Positions 50,283-64,000 of a stretch of 64,000 bases of DNA are shown piece by piece. Both the position numbers and the translations under genes were made by a program. Source of the DNA: Calcarisporiella thermophila CBS 279.70 (lineage: Eukaryota; Fungi; Calcarisporiellomycota); assembly GCF_041956535.1 (NCBI RefSeq), contig NW_027192192.1, positions 561,796 through 625,795 on the forward strand, written 5' to 3'. Each line of letters opens with the position of its first letter. Within the stretch, counting starts at the first letter, position 1. The notes beneath the pieces were generated by a model, which searched no databases, was not told where the DNA came from, and saw nothing but the letters and a program-made list of their open reading frames with translations.

Positions 50283-50851
50283 TATTCCTGTAGAGAAGCA
50301 AAAAATAATAAAATACAGCGATGGATGGGGAAAACTGACAAAACGAAAATATGAGGTCAAAATAAAACAGAGTGCGCAAGAAGGTGCAAAGTGTTAGGCC
50401 ATTATGAGCATAGAGCACAAGGCAAGAGGAATAAAAAAAGAACTTGGGAAAAGCCGTTAAGCTACATTGGGTTTGGGGGTATATTGACCTGACATCATTC
50501 GCAATGGGAATTTCAAACCCAGCTCTGTGTGCAACTTCAGTAACAAGGGCGATAACTCTATCAAAATTAAGCCGTAGCCTTCCTCAATTGGTGTCCGTAT
50601 TAATTGGAAACATTCTGAAATATGGAGAGCTGGAGAGGAGGGGGGAACAGTAGGGAGCAGGGGAATTCTCCAGCGCTCCAGTTTTTGGGAGAGTGCACAC
50701 TTGTCCCCCTCTGAACACCCTCGCTTTGTGAGATAATTCGCGCAGTCACACTATTTGCGAAATGCCTTTCAGAATATTGAAGATTCCATCTGATTCTCTA
50801 GGCCTAACTAAGCCAATTCAAAGAATACAATTTTCATTAATTCATCAGGAA

Positions 50852-51715
50852 ATGGTGCTCGAGGACTCGATTGGTTCGAGCCTCCAATCGCTGGAAATCG
50901 ATGATGACGGGGCCATCGCACAATATTTGGCAGGGATAATGGGAAGCGATGATATGACGGATGAAGAGAAACGTGAAGTCATAACGGAGTACCTGGGTTC
51001 TGTAACAGTGAGTATAGCCTCCGGCAAAAATATTAATACTAATTTCACAAAAAAAAAAATAATGTAAAAGCGCAAATGCTCATGTAAAGAATGAGGAAAT
51101 CTAGGAGGCTCCACTGGATGATTTTTTGGATAAAATTTTCATTGCCTATACCGAAGAACATGAATTATTGAAGAGAAAAGAGGAAGAAGAGAAGGCGCGT
51201 ATTGCAGCTGAGGCGAAAGGTAAAGGGACAGTTTGATCCCGAGCATTCACTTTATATAAATGATCTCATCCTTATCTTTTATCTCTTCTCACTTTCTGTC
51301 ATCGTTTTGTTTTTATTTTTCAGAGCGTGAACTTTCTGCCCTGAAATCCGATGCTGCGCTTTCTACTCATGACGACGGCAATCACCGCCTCCAACCTAGA
51401 CAATTATCCGCTGATGAACGTCGAGAGCGGCAGCGTATTCTACAACGATATCAATACGATGCGTCTCATATTGCCCAGAATGACGAAGGAGAGGACGAAA
51501 TAGTTTGGGTAGAGCGTGCAGAGAATGCTGAAGGAGGGTTAACGGCAAATAAGAATGCGGATATCGTGAAGGAAAAAGAAAGAGAGAGGAGAGAAAAAAT
51601 GCGAAAAGAAAATGAGGAAGAGAAAGAGCGAATACGGCGACAACAGGAAAAAGAGAAGCGTGAAAAGGAAAAAGAGAAAAGACGAACTCAAAAGAGGGAG
51701 AAACGGCGGCTGTAA
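50852..51715 (+). CDS. Coiled-coil domain protein CCDC43-like
   Basis: N-terminal 'YLAGIM..D...EEK' and C-terminal 'EKEKRRTQKREKRR', with an 'N.NA..V' motif. Confidence 0.8.
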
Positions 51716-51958
51716 ATATCAAGAAAATATTTTAACTATTAACAATATCATAATATAGGGAAGATGGTTTCCATTTTTTTAACTTTTAGATGATTTGCCC
51801 TATAGGCCATTTAACGTGCTTTCCATTGAAAAAGACTGCTTAGATATTAAAACCGAAAATTCTCCAAAAATTTACGATGCAGTTTCACAAATAGACTTTG
51901 GTAACTTGGATTATATTATTAGATCCTAGTGTAAAGTACTACACATTATCCAACAAGA

Positions 51959-52920
51959 ATGAAGGATGCAAACGAAAGAAGGAATCGAGTTCTCATCATA
52001 GGCATTGGGTAAGTTGGTGACAGGATGCTTAGGACACCCGTATTTTGTGTAATTTCATTGACTCACACTTTTTCCTTGGTAGGGGACCTTCTTGCGGTGG
52101 AAAAACGGTATTTTTATATTTACTTATAGATATGTGTGCAATTCCTAATTCCTTCTTTCTAGACATTCGCAAGATGTCTCAAATCTATTCTTCCCGGTTC
52201 TCCAAATATCCTTCACCAAGATGATTTTTACAAGGTTGCATTCCAATTCATACATCTATTCCACTCAAGCTTTTATTCATTTCTCTAACACAAGTTTTAT
52301 TGTTCCCCCCCCCCCCCACCTCCAACAATTAGACGGATTCAAATATACCTATTGATCCCCGCACCGGTTATCAGAATTGGGATTGTCCTGATGCCTACGA
52401 TATGCAGCAGCTCATTGCTACTTTAAAGAGAGTACGGGAGGGTGAGGTGCCTGTATCCAGGAATTCCTCCGTTACCGATGAAGAAGCTATCGAAAGAGTG
52501 GTTCGTAACCCAAATATACTTGGGCTAAAAGAGCTAAAGGATATGATGCTTTGTTGCGAACGTGAAGGGTGGAAGTTTATACTCGTCGAAGGCATCCTCC
52601 TCTACTCAAATCCGGAATTAACCCAAGAGTTTGACGTGAAGTTCTTCATTTCTGCTAGCTACGATGTTCTTAAACATAGACGATCCTCACGTAAGGGCTA
52701 CACTACTCTTGAAGGCTTCTGGGAGGATCCACCCAACTATTTTGACGACTTGGTGTGGCCGGAATATGTTAAATGGAATAGTAATTTACTGGAAGGAACG
52801 AAAGCACCAGATGGGATATGGAAGGTGGATTCAGGAGAGTGTGACATAGAGACTTCTATTCAGGAAGGATTACGCGTAATTCTGGGAGAAATAATAGAGA
52901 AGTCGCAGCTGTCTAGCTGA
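51959..52920 (+). CDS. NRK1: Nicotinamide riboside kinase
   Basis: Spliced P-loop IIGIGGPSCGGKT, 'HQDDFY', 'NWDCPDA', 'VEGILLY', 'GYTTLEGFWEDPPNYFDDLVWP'. Confidence 0.9.
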
Positions 52921-53534
52921 AATATTATAGATATATCATCTTTTTCCTTTTGAGATGCCGTGCTTGATTGATATCACAAATGTTGTATTCGTAAATGCAC
53001 TTGAGAATCAAAAATCACTCTCTGGCTATACAAATGAGTTCTTTTCAAGCTATAGCAACTATCAACACTTTATTTATAAACTCTTTTGGAAAGGGACATC
53101 AATATTTGGAATACAGTGTTGGTGGAATTATATATTTACAATCACAAAGCTGTTCTGAAAATATATAAAGTGCAGCCAACACATTTGACTGTCCTCTGCT
53201 AATTCAAATTTTCTTACACGGAAAAGATTTAGCATATCTAGAACGATAAAAAGCCATGGCATTTTGCTCATACCGAGACTACACTCCTTCAGATGCATTT
53301 AAGATTTTGAACCGATATAAGTTTATAGAAACTAGGATTTTTCTAAACGGATTGAGTTCTATTTTTTCACCAGCGAAGCCGCACGCTAGTGGCTTAATGC
53401 ATATTGTCTTAACCCTTCAAAAAAGAAACCCAGCCAAAAACGAGAGGGTGAATTTTATCCTCCCAATATTTAATCAACTCTTTGGCACCCATCCATTCTT
53501 CTTCGAAACTTTTTCTGCTCATCAATCATATATA

Positions 53535-54618
53535 ATGGACGATTACCGACGCTACAGAGGTGGCTCAGGCCCACAACCTGCATCTCGTGGTGGCTACAGA
53601 GAACAAGATGATGATCTAGCCCGCCGAGAGTTATTTGGAAATCGTGGTGCTCCTGGTGGCGGCGGGTATGCACAACCACCGCCAAGAGGGGGATCTAATG
53701 GCCATTCTGCACAAGGAGGCAACTATGGCAGTCAGGCGAACTATGGGAGAGGGAGGTACGATCAAGGAGGGTATGGCGGGAATGATGGAGATGGATATGG
53801 CGGATACGGTGGAGGGTATGGCAGTGGCCAACAACAGTACGATCAAGAAGAAGAAGAAGTTAATTCGATCAAGCAACAGATCAGCAACGTCAAACAGGAT
53901 ACATTATACTCCACACGGAACGCCGTAAGAAAGCTCCAGGAGTCAGAGGAGATGGCAACCGGTACTCTCACACGACTTGGGCAACAAGGAGGTAAAGATC
54001 GATTTTCTTGATTTGTCTATGTTTGTGTGACGAAGTTCATTTCCAATGTTCAACTTCTTAGAACAGCTCTACAATGTTGAACGCAACATGGAACTGGCGC
54101 GCGTCCACGCTGACCACGCCTCAGAGAAAGCAGCTGAGCTCAAAAAATTGAACCGTAGTATCTTCGTGCCAGTGTTCAAAAATCCTTTCAAATCAAAGAA
54201 ACGTAAAGAACAGGAAATTCAACGAGTTCAAGACGAGATACGTCAGCGCCAAGAAACCGAAGAAATGCTTAGGCGTGAAGAGTATCAAACACAACGGCAT
54301 GTGGGGGGTGCTCTGCGCCGTGTTCAGGATACGCCATACAGCCAAATGGACTACCAGGGTGCGCCGGGTGGCAGATCAGCGTCTGATCGAGCACGATATC
54401 AGTTCGAGGCTGATGAAGAGGACAACCGTATTGAGGATGAAATTGATTCTAATCTTGACTATATGAGTGCAGCAACATCGCGCTTGAAGGATTTAGCGTT
54501 GTCGATGGGACAAGAAGTCGATAGACAAAACAAGCATATTGAACGAATTAATCCTAAGGTGGTGGGCGTAAATGAGAGGGTTGGCATCACTAATCATAAA
54601 ATTTCCAAGATTAAATGA
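53535..54618 (+). CDS. SEC9: Qbc-SNARE Sec9/SNAP-25 homolog
   Basis: Gly/Tyr-rich N-terminus, two SNARE motifs ('TLYSTRNA..LGQQG-EQL', 'EDEIDSNLD..RLKDLALSMGQEVDRQN'). Confidence 0.93.
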
Positions 54619-56450
54619 AATCCTCCTTTGCGTTACGACATTAAAATATGTCGCTATATTTCACCATCTAAATATCTTTGGTGAACTCTTTTTCCTGTTT
54701 TATTTTGGCCTATTCTATATGCTTTATAATAGCAATGCAATACTAGAAACTAGCATCAAAACCTCTCCATTCTTTAAACTTGCCCTCGAACAAAATAAAC
54801 ATATATGTATGCAATATACTAACGTTTTGTTAATTTAATAAAGAAATTGAACTTTTAACAGAGGATTATTTGAAAATATAGTCAACGATCGCTTCACAAG
54901 AGATATGGTTTGAATTCTGTTGAATCAATAATCATTTCCGATCGATATAATTAGAGGAGAATGATCAACAAGGAGATTGGTAATTCATCAGTTTGTCAAT
55001 TACGAAAATAAATTCAGGCTAGTTTCCGAAATATACTTTATTAAAGTCTTATCACATACCACTCCAGCGAAGGTTGCCTGCTAATAGTGAGCTGTTACTT
55101 TCATCAACATTGATTGGGGTACTTGGCTATTTGAATATCTTCACATCAATCTTGGAAAACAAATTGGCGAGGGGTGTTCATAGCCTTTGAACTTGTACTG
55201 TATTCTTTTGATCGAAGGGAGTTGAAAATTAGGTCTCAGAGCAGATTCAAGCTGAGGATCAAATATTCTTAGCGATGCTAACTTAGATAAACAAATTCGG
55301 ACAGTCAACTAACCAACAGGCGGAATTACAGAGCTTTATTTTCAAAATGCGCTTCCAATTTGAACGAATTTCTATCAAAACAAGAGAATAATTATTGGGC
55401 AATACCAAGTGATTCAATTGGAGTCTATTATCCGCTGAATTCGTATAGGCTAATAGATATCTGAGGATATATAGCAAACCATCTGAGATAGCTTGGTTAT
55501 ATAAAATAAAAGGGGACGAAAAGAACTTTCTCTAAACCCTATCAGTAAGATCCACTAGCTCTCTTTTAGTCCACTGAGTAGTTCATAAAAGTTACGCCAG
55601 CTCATCTGCCTACACACTCAGTTGGATATTTGCTTCAAATGCTGACTCGAGCAAAGTGAGTCAAAGCCGAGCTGAAGTCTCTCTGAATTCTCACTTGTTA
55701 CATTATATAGAGTTATGTATACTGCTTAGCAGACGTTTTTTTAGGAATTTTCTGGGAATTAAGCTTAATCTCGGCATCAACGGAATATCAGCGTGGACAT
55801 ACATTTTCCTAATTAGCTAAAAGGTCTATCGTGTGTTAAAAGATATTTCCTAGCCATCGAGCACAATTGCGGACCTGTGCGACATTTTTTAGGATGGAGG
55901 ACTCGGATGAAGTGGATCACTTAGAGATGGTATAGATGTCACTATTAGAAGTGTAAAAATAACTTCAATAAAATTGCAAATTTCCGTCATATTCAAAACT
56001 CATTATGTGATTTGAAGGAGGATGCATGCACAGTTTCATAAACTAGAGCTTATGCGTATCATCCATATGTTGTTTCTTTGGTCATATTTCTATATTGCAA
56101 GCATGATATTAAGGATTCCAAGATCGTCTTCACAATACGGTTCTTCGTAGCGAGATTATTTATTGGTTGTTCGATCTAGTGATCTGAAAGATGTTCTCGA
56201 TTGCCGCTACGACCATGTTTTTAGTTATAATCATAGACCATCTTTTGATTATTTTTGCATTAAATCTTCACTTTCTTATAGGCATCGGTTCCACCGTGCT
56301 TGGATATCTGGAAAACTAATTACAAAAAAATGACGTGCGTTTTAGAGCTAAGCCAAAAATACCAAAATAAGGGAATCTGGATTGAGATATAACACTTGAC
56401 AGATCGTGGAGAGTAATCCAGGGTATTCCCAAGGGATACATTTGTCAATC

Positions 56451-59229
56451 ATGGCCGAATATATCAATTTGAATGACAAGCAGAATTCAAAATTAAAATG
56501 GCGGCCCATTACAACCCAGGATTTCCCCCTAAAACGAAGTAAAACCTTTCGTGCATGGTAAATATAGACATATCAAACATATGAATCATTATATAGGTAA
56601 TTTCGCATCCTATTTCTCATCAAATTGTTAATCTGTTTGCAATTCTGCTTAATATAGTACTCGATGTCGTGTGAAGAAATCCAAATGCGATGGTATTGAA
56701 CCTCGTTGTTCCCGTTGCGAGCGTGACGGCGCACTCTGTGAATACGTGAAATTGTCGAAGCGAAAACATTCTCCCAATAATGATTTGAATCAGACATCAC
56801 ATTTTCAAGCATCATTAGCACCTTTTCCACCATCTATTCTGCAAGAGCAGGAATCACCCGAAGAAAGACCTGATGTTGAGAGGTTGGAAGACGAAATAAG
56901 GAGTTTGCGAGAAGAAATTCGACGTTTGAAACTCGAGAGGCCATCTGCAGAGAACAGCTCTGATAATGTGAGGAGAAACGAAAATAGCAGTAATGTTGAA
57001 CCTGGTCTCGATAGCAACGAGTCTGAACAAGGTATATCGGTGAACGGTACGATTGTGCGTGCTTCTGCCCTCTTGAGACCGCCACCAGTGAAAGCAAATC
57101 TGGATTTACAATCGACAAAAACACAAATTAACAAAGCAAATTACCGGCGTAAAATCAACCCGTTCTTTTATGCGCTACTTGATCTACAATGTGCCCAGCT
57201 TGCATTAAAACATGTCGACAGCAAATCTAATGACGGAATTACTGGAGTTATCCCAGGTGGTCCATGGCTTGGCGCTTTTAATTTTACGCTGGCAAGACGC
57301 ACAGTTTGGGCTGATTTGATAAAACCTGGCCTTCGGGCTGAAGCGAAAGTCGTCAGTGTTGATGACTCTGCAGCACAAGAGCTAGTCCGTATTTATTTGC
57401 TATTTTCGCATTTCATTTTCCCCTTAGTGGACACGCGATCGCTTGCATCCCAAGCCGAAAAGCCTCTTCACCCTCTTGTCCTCTCCGCCCTCTACTCTTG
57501 CAGTCTGCTGTTTGCGGCCGTTCCAGGTCAAGAGAGCAGATTGCGCCGTGCTGCCGATGCATTCTTTCAACTGACCAGGCTTAAAATCTATAATGCAATC
57601 ACATCTGATGGTTCATCAATTGCAGTAGTGCAAGCATATGCTTTAATGTCATTCAACACTGGTCATCAACAACAACTCGCCAAATCGCTCCTTTACCGTA
57701 GTATGGCAATTAGTCTTGCTCAAAGCTTAGAGCTCCACCGCCAGGATGGCGCCGGATACGAAGGACTGGTTGGTGAAGATCGGGAAGTCGTAAAGCGAAT
57801 ATGGTGGTCACTTGTGTGTCTTGACATAATGCAGAGTATGCTGCTGGCTAGACCAGCACTCATTGATTTAGATGAAATGGATGTGGAACTGCCAGAAGTG
57901 CCGCCCGGTGAAAGTGTTGAACACCACCTGCTCGCCTCCTTTCGGTTATGGGTAATTGGGCACTTGCGAATGAGACGACTTGTCCAGATTATTAACCGAC
58001 ATCAAGAGCAACAGCTAAGTGCGAAGGCGTTTAATGAAGTGGAGCGGAATGCCCGCGAATACGAAGAAATGATCCCTTCACGACCTAGCTCCAGTTGGCC
58101 TGATAATGTACAGGCTTATGCAATATTTCTTCGTTTGATTAGCTGCCAACTTTGGCTAATTGCTGACCAAATTTGGATGGCAAAACCCCCTTTCCAAGGA
58201 CCATTCTCCCCAGAGACCCACTGCGCATCGCGACGTGCTCTCATAGATACTGATCGAACTGTGAATCTTGTTGAGGAATTGCTTGATCGATTCCCGGACT
58301 ATGTGCCTTTTAATACTACTATATTTACACTCTGCGTCGCAATTCAAATAGCAATTACGATGTTACAACACACGAACGAGGAAGTGTCGAAAGAAGCCTT
58401 CCGCTTGGTTAGAAGGATTCGTAGTATAATAGCAAGAATGTCAAACGGACAGTTGTGTGTATGGTTAGTAAAGGAATTGGATGAATGGATGGAGCGCTAT
58501 GCTCGCGAATTACATATTCAGCAACTCCAGTGTCAACGTGTAGAAGCTGAAGATACAAGCATATATGCAGGCAATTGGGAAAGTCCTCAGCCTATATCGC
58601 AATCAATTTCGTTGGCAATGCTATCAGATTCCGGTACGACCGTAAAGCCTATATCTACTGCACCGAATATGAATGCGTCCTCTGTTAATACACCGGGAAT
58701 TAAGGCTGAAGGAATGAGTCTATGGTCATACATGATGAATCAACAAAATTCACCACACAGCCCCCCCTCAGTTCTTGGCTCAAATAACATGACTCCATTA
58801 CTGAATGCAAACTCTGAAATCGATCAGTTCCGGGAGGTTAGTTGGATGACTAGCGCAAGTAGCAGTTGCACAACCGATAAGTCAACCACTGCTGGTACCA
58901 GTGGAGTATTTGCTGTCGCGGCTCCTGGTTCTACCCCGGGGATTACGGCAAACGACGAGATGGTAGCAGAGCCGTTCTTAGAGTTGCTCCAGGAGAATCC
59001 TTCATCGCTTTCGCTTTCTCTGACGATGTCCTCTTCTCCTCTCACAACCACAAATAGTTCTACCAGTGAAAATGCAGCAATGTTAGTGAACAATAAGTAT
59101 GAACAGATGATTGCAGAAGAAAGCGGAGGAAGAAACGGAAAATCTGAATTCGAAAAAAGCAGAGGACGAGAATTTTTTTTGTCATGGAACAGCGAAGGCG
59201 GGTTCTTTCCACCATCTGATGTCATATAG
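56451..59229 (+). CDS. Zn(II)2Cys6 transcription factor with fungal-specific TF (MHR) domain
   Basis: Spliced cluster AC|TRCRVKKSKCDGIEPRCSRCERDGALC (intron in the first Cys codon), coiled coil, 'AQSLELHR..KRIWWSL'. Confidence 0.93.
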
Positions 59230-59644
59230 CATTTAATTTGATTTTTTTTTTCTTGTCAGTTATTTAAACATATGTTTACCATTATTTTATTCTAATTATT
59301 TTTCCCTGTCACTTTTGTATATCTTCTATCAGCCCTCATTTTTTTTTTCAATTTGTTGTATAATCTCTGGATTTTGTTCTTGATTGTCTCTTTCTATCCC
59401 CGTAATCTGGATATTTATGGACTTCTTTTCTCGCATAAACTGTTTCTTATGAATGGTATTTAATAGGAACTGTTAATAATATGTAACGAAAAATGTATGT
59501 ATGTGTGATGTCAAATTCGTAGTGTAAATATTCCCCATAAAACTAGAAGTCAACGAAGATTATATCGCAAATAAATATAGGCGTTGATACTAAAATATAT
59601 AAAGAATGTAAGCTGTTTATGAGTCCAAACACTGATATTTATGT

Positions 59645-61111
59645 TCACTCAATATGGAGGTGACGTTGGCAGAATGCGTGCAAGCGTTGCGCCGCCTCCT
59701 CTAAATCCGCAAGTGGTGCAGATATTGCAATACGTATGAAATTCGGGCACTGGAATATTGTTCCAGGAAGAACATTTACACTTTCCTCCTCCATAAGCCT
59801 TCTTGCAAATTCTATGTCGTTTTGAAGCCCACTGAACCTTTTTATATCAATCCCAACCATCATATACATCGCTCCTTGTGGCTCAATCACGCGAAGCCCA
59901 GGGATATTTGTGAGAAGGCTCGAGAGAGTGCGTGCATGATTCTCAAAGGCACGGTTGGTGCACTCAAAAAACAGCTGAGGTGTGTTGGTAAAAATCTTTG
60001 GAAGCGCCGCTTGAATCAATGAATTGGCACCTAAAATCAACTGGCTTACACTCACCAAGCCGTCCCTTGCCTCCTTTGCAAACGCATTAACCGGATCATG
60101 TATCAATATCCAACCCACTCTCCACCCAGGTACTAGAAACCTCTTCCCTAGGCCACTGACGGTGAGCACAGGCACGGTGGCGGATAATGAAGCAAGTGGG
60201 TAAAAGATATGAGGAGAAAAGACCATATCCTCGTATACCTCGTCTGCAAGGATAGGAAGATAGTGCTTTTGAGCAAGTGCGATGATTGCAAGCAGGTGTT
60301 CACGACTGTAAACAGAACCGCATGGATTTGAAGGGCTAGCATAACTGCTGAGGTTAAAAAAAATACAAAGAATGAAATATCAAATGAATATTAACTTGTT
60401 CACAACTATGAATTTCGTTCGTTCGTCAACCAATGTTTCCATTTGCTCTATATCTGCCTCCCAGTTGTGCTCTGGAACGAGATCATAGTATCTCTCCTCT
60501 ATCCCTTTACTCCTTGCCAGTGTTCCATAAAGTGGAAAGCCGGGTCGAGGGATAAGAACATTATCTCCTTCATCACAAAGCGCTGTGAAGCATATATCTA
60601 GCGCTCCCGAAGTACCACTAGTGACAATGATATCCTTCGAACAGAGGATCGCATTAGGACGAGAGTAACGGGAAGCAATGGCTTGACGAGCTTCTTCCGT
60701 GCCTAAGAAGTTAGTATGAAACTGCTTGTTAGATTTGGGGAATTATTGAACAACGGTGCGATTATGTATACCGATTGCGGGTGGATAGCCATTTGCCTTG
60801 GCGCTTAATATTGCATGTATTACCGCTTTGGAGCAAGAGTCGTCAATCCGAAAAATGCCAGATGCAGTAGGGTCACCTATATTTCATAGGATATGTGCCA
60901 TTTTACAGCTGCTTGAAGAGATTTTATTTCCTTTACCAAGTGTTAAATTTACAAGTTCTTTCTCGGGATTAGGAGAGGCTCTCTCTCCTTCTACAAACTT
61001 GCGAATTGGGTTAAGAGTTCGTTGCGCAACGTAAGATGAGTGCAGTCTCCAACCAGTGCTGACGGGGGAGGCGATGGAAGCGGAGGAAGAATGGCCGTTG
61101 ATACGGGTCAT
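59645..61111 (-). CDS. TAT: Tyrosine aminotransferase (class I PLP; TAT/nicotianamine-AT type)
   Basis: 'LTL-GDPT', 'NGYPP', 'NNPSNPCG', 'ADEVY', 'SGLGKRFLVPGWRVGW' (PLP Lys). Confidence 0.9.
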
Positions 61112-61673
61112 AGACACACAGAAAAGAGTCAAATATTTATGTGTGCTTGAGCAAAGAAATGGGTGGGAAAAAGAAGGAGCGAATACATGATGTCAAAGAA
61201 GATTGAGATTTCATAAAACTTAAAAATGAAAATGCAGTCACGCATATCATATTATCCGTGGGAATTTAATCGGTTAAATCAATCTTTATAGCTTTATATT
61301 GCTATAGTGAATCGCACATCAGAAATCTGATGGTGTTTTGAATATATTCAGATTAAATTCAAATTGAAGGTACCATCTGCAAGTTTCTTTACACTTTTAC
61401 AACTTTTCTCTGAAACTTTCGATAAAGAGCTACAGGTTTATTACGTCATCAAATATTTCTCATAACCAGATATATACACGAGATAATGGAAGCAGCGAGC
61501 TGCTTCAATATTAGTTGCTGTGAAATTTATCAGTTAAAGGATGCATATTGTTCATCTATTGAATTAAAAGAGAGGCCATTCACTTTTTATAAAAAGAATA
61601 AAAAACATCCCAATAAAAAAAGATAGCAAAAAACACAGGTAAACAATGTGATATAATTTAGAAAAAAAAAAAA

Positions 61674-63022
61674 TCAATTATCTGCTAAAAGCTGTTTAGC
61701 CATCCGATTAAATCCTTTAATCTTTCCACACTGCTGCTTGAGGTTGGATGCTTGTGGCTTCTCCCATTGGCCAGATGAAATAAATTTGTTCATGTACCGT
61801 ATGCATAATTCTTCACGAAAAGCTTCATAGAGTTTGCGGTTGTATTTCCGCTATGAGATATAAAAGCGATTACTCCAAATTCACGAATAAATATATATAT
61901 AATTATTACCTCTCGCTCCCGATCACTTTCTGGGTAAAGATGAGTCTGATGAATTAAAAAGTCTTCCGGCAATACCCAATATTCCACCCCTGAGAGATAC
62001 AATTCGTAGAGACATGCAGCCTTATTTGCCCCATATCCAATGAAACGTTCATCACACCAAGGTGCATTTCGTGATTTATAAATGACGTATGGTTCATAAT
62101 TAAATTGATATGCCTCGACACGATACGGTTCGCGACTATTGTACCATTTTGAATAATTCGTAGGCTGGTGGCCTTTCTGCCACCTACGATGAAACATATC
62201 AATTCTTCCGTCGTGAGCAAGTTGGATAAGGCTCTCTTTGTTCGCCGGGAAAGTCGTCGAGTCAAGACCATCTTCTTGCGCTACGAACTCAAAGGCGGGT
62301 AAAACAAGTGCAATTTCACCCATTGCTAATCTTCTTTGAATATCACTGTTTTCACGAATGGCGCGCCGGAAATCAGTGCACACGTGAAAATCTACATCCA
62401 GCATTAATGTGTAATCTGTCCGCGCGTAAATCCGCGCAACATTTCGCCACATATTAAATTGGCGTTCGAATGGATCCATTACTAGATGTATATCAACGAA
62501 TTCAACCATAAACGGGTTATCGGCATACAAGTCACGAATGCTGTCCAGCAGCTTTTGTTGTGAGGAATCATTTTTGACATGAATGGCGACAGAAATTGGC
62601 CCTATAGTTAAACATACAGAAGATCGGTACTTTTTATAAAATTCATAAAAGTAAATATAACTTTTACCTTGATAATTCGTTACTAATCGACTAAAAACTT
62701 CAAATCGATCTTGAGTAACTTGTGTTGCAATAGTAATATCTTCTCCATCTGGTATCTTACGCGCTTTCATATAGTACGGTATTACTTTAGAAGGGCCCAT
62801 CGCGCTTGAGAATGCCTTGGCCATGTAAAGATCTTCAGACATTTCATTAACACTATTTCCTTCTGTTGAGAATGGATGTTGATCCCGTATCTTGAGTATT
62901 TCAGTTGGGCGGTAGAATGCGAGCAATTGATGAGCAGTATATAGGAGAGAAGCCATTATATAGAGAAGAAAGAGGTACTTTAAAATTTTGCTAAAGGACT
63001 GTGGGATTTCTATGCGCTTCAT
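61674..63022 (-). CDS. Glycosyltransferase family 49 (LARGE/B4GAT1-like), type II membrane
   Basis: N-terminal TM, 'NMWRNVAR', DxD 'LDVDF', 'LPAFE', 'YEPY', 'DERFIGYGANKA'; last exon after an intron ends at TGA 61674. Confidence 0.88.
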
Positions 63023-64000
63023 TATTGTAATAATTGAATTTAGAATATATAAGAAATAGTATAGAGGAGGGATAGAATATAATTAATGCGGAATGAAAGA
63101 ATGAGGGAGAGGGGGGAAATAAGGTATACTTATACGGAATTAAGCGTGAAATGATAAATGATGCAAAAAAAAGGAAGAGAAGAAGAGTATACCAGATTTA
63201 TAAGGGACTGATGTAAAATGGGAAGGAAAGTAAATCAATATAGGTATTAAGAGACTTAAGAGGATATATGAACAAAACAGGATATTTGAAAGAAATGGGA
63301 CGGTCCTAGCCAACACCCAATAAATGAACAGATCTAGATATATTTAAGAAGACTCTTTAGATTTTTTTCAGCTGCGACTATCTGTAAAATAGAGCAAGTG
63401 GCTTTATCAATTTCAATACCACCTAATGTTTTGAGAGTACCAGCACTTTTGGCAGTTCTCTGTCCCCAACATACTTTTACAAACTCTAGGCCACTTCAAC
63501 AAGCTAGCTTTACTAATAAATGATTTCTTTCACCTTTTTTCTATTCAAATTTTACAAAATTAGAGTCGAATATGAATCAATGGTTTTGACAAAGCCATAG
63601 CCTATCCCATTTTATCGTTTTCTAAGTTCAGTAAATTTCATATTTCTTTAAAAAAGAATCTATTAGATTATCTTCAGCTCTAGCCATCAATCATTGATAG
63701 ATTTTGAGAATTTTGAAGTTTGAATAATGTGCCTAATCTTTAATTCTGTCATAAGCTAAACTATTGAGCCTATCTAAGTATCTATAAAAGGACTTTCAAT
63801 CCAGCATCAAAATATTATTATCCATTATTTCTTTTTCCCATTTTATAATCGCTTTTTTTGCACGAAAGAAACCTCAAAGAGTAATCCTTGCTTTGATCAC
63901 AATCAATATTTTAATTTATTTACTCGCGCAATTATTACTCCTTGATTCTCTCTCATTTTGACAATTACTTTTTTTGTTTTTCGAGCAATGGTTAGCTTTA

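Noticed and set aside
53256-53534. N-terminal extension of the SEC9 ORF
   Set aside because: Composition is promoter/UTR-like; the plausible start is MDDY at 53535
55100-55190. Kinase-like fragment 'LGKQIGEG' in intergenic DNA
   Set aside because: Immediately followed by a stop and no other kinase motifs; likely chance
63100-64000. Possible transposon relic at the window end
   Set aside because: AT-rich, no ORF, terminal repeats or recognisable transposase/RT motifs visible
1-64000. CRISPR arrays, rRNA or intact transposons
   Set aside because: None seen; the sequence is eukaryotic with no regularly spaced repeats or RT/transposase ORFs

Overview
Eukaryotic, intron-rich fungal DNA with short GT-AG introns and CTAAC-type branch sites. 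The gene content (animal/plant-type tyrosine aminotransferase, CCDC43, STK32/YANK kinase, a Med28-like gene, GT49) suggests an early-diverging fungus (Mucoromycota/Zoopagomycota); this is inference. Most of the window is housekeeping genes: tRNA-Val, a TPT-family transporter, YPT1, STK32 kinase, M1 aminopeptidase, GPH1, a PCL cyclin, ClpP, a mitochondrial NAD carrier, PMA1, MAK3, an HRP1-like RRM protein, SHO1, a 2OG-Fe(II) oxygenase, an RCK2/Srk1 kinase, CCDC43, NRK1, SEC9, a Zn2Cys6 factor, TAT and GT49. The standout is an intronless island of about 10 kb (17.3-27.0 kb). It holds six co-oriented, highly diverged 7TM GPCR-like paralogs in different states of decay, and one antisense gene for a small secreted 8-cysteine cationic peptide with a dibasic processing site, head-to-head with the best-preserved receptor. 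This is a candidate peptide-receptor or toxin-sensor module undergoing birth-and-death evolution. Exon boundaries were read by eye; no database searches were run.
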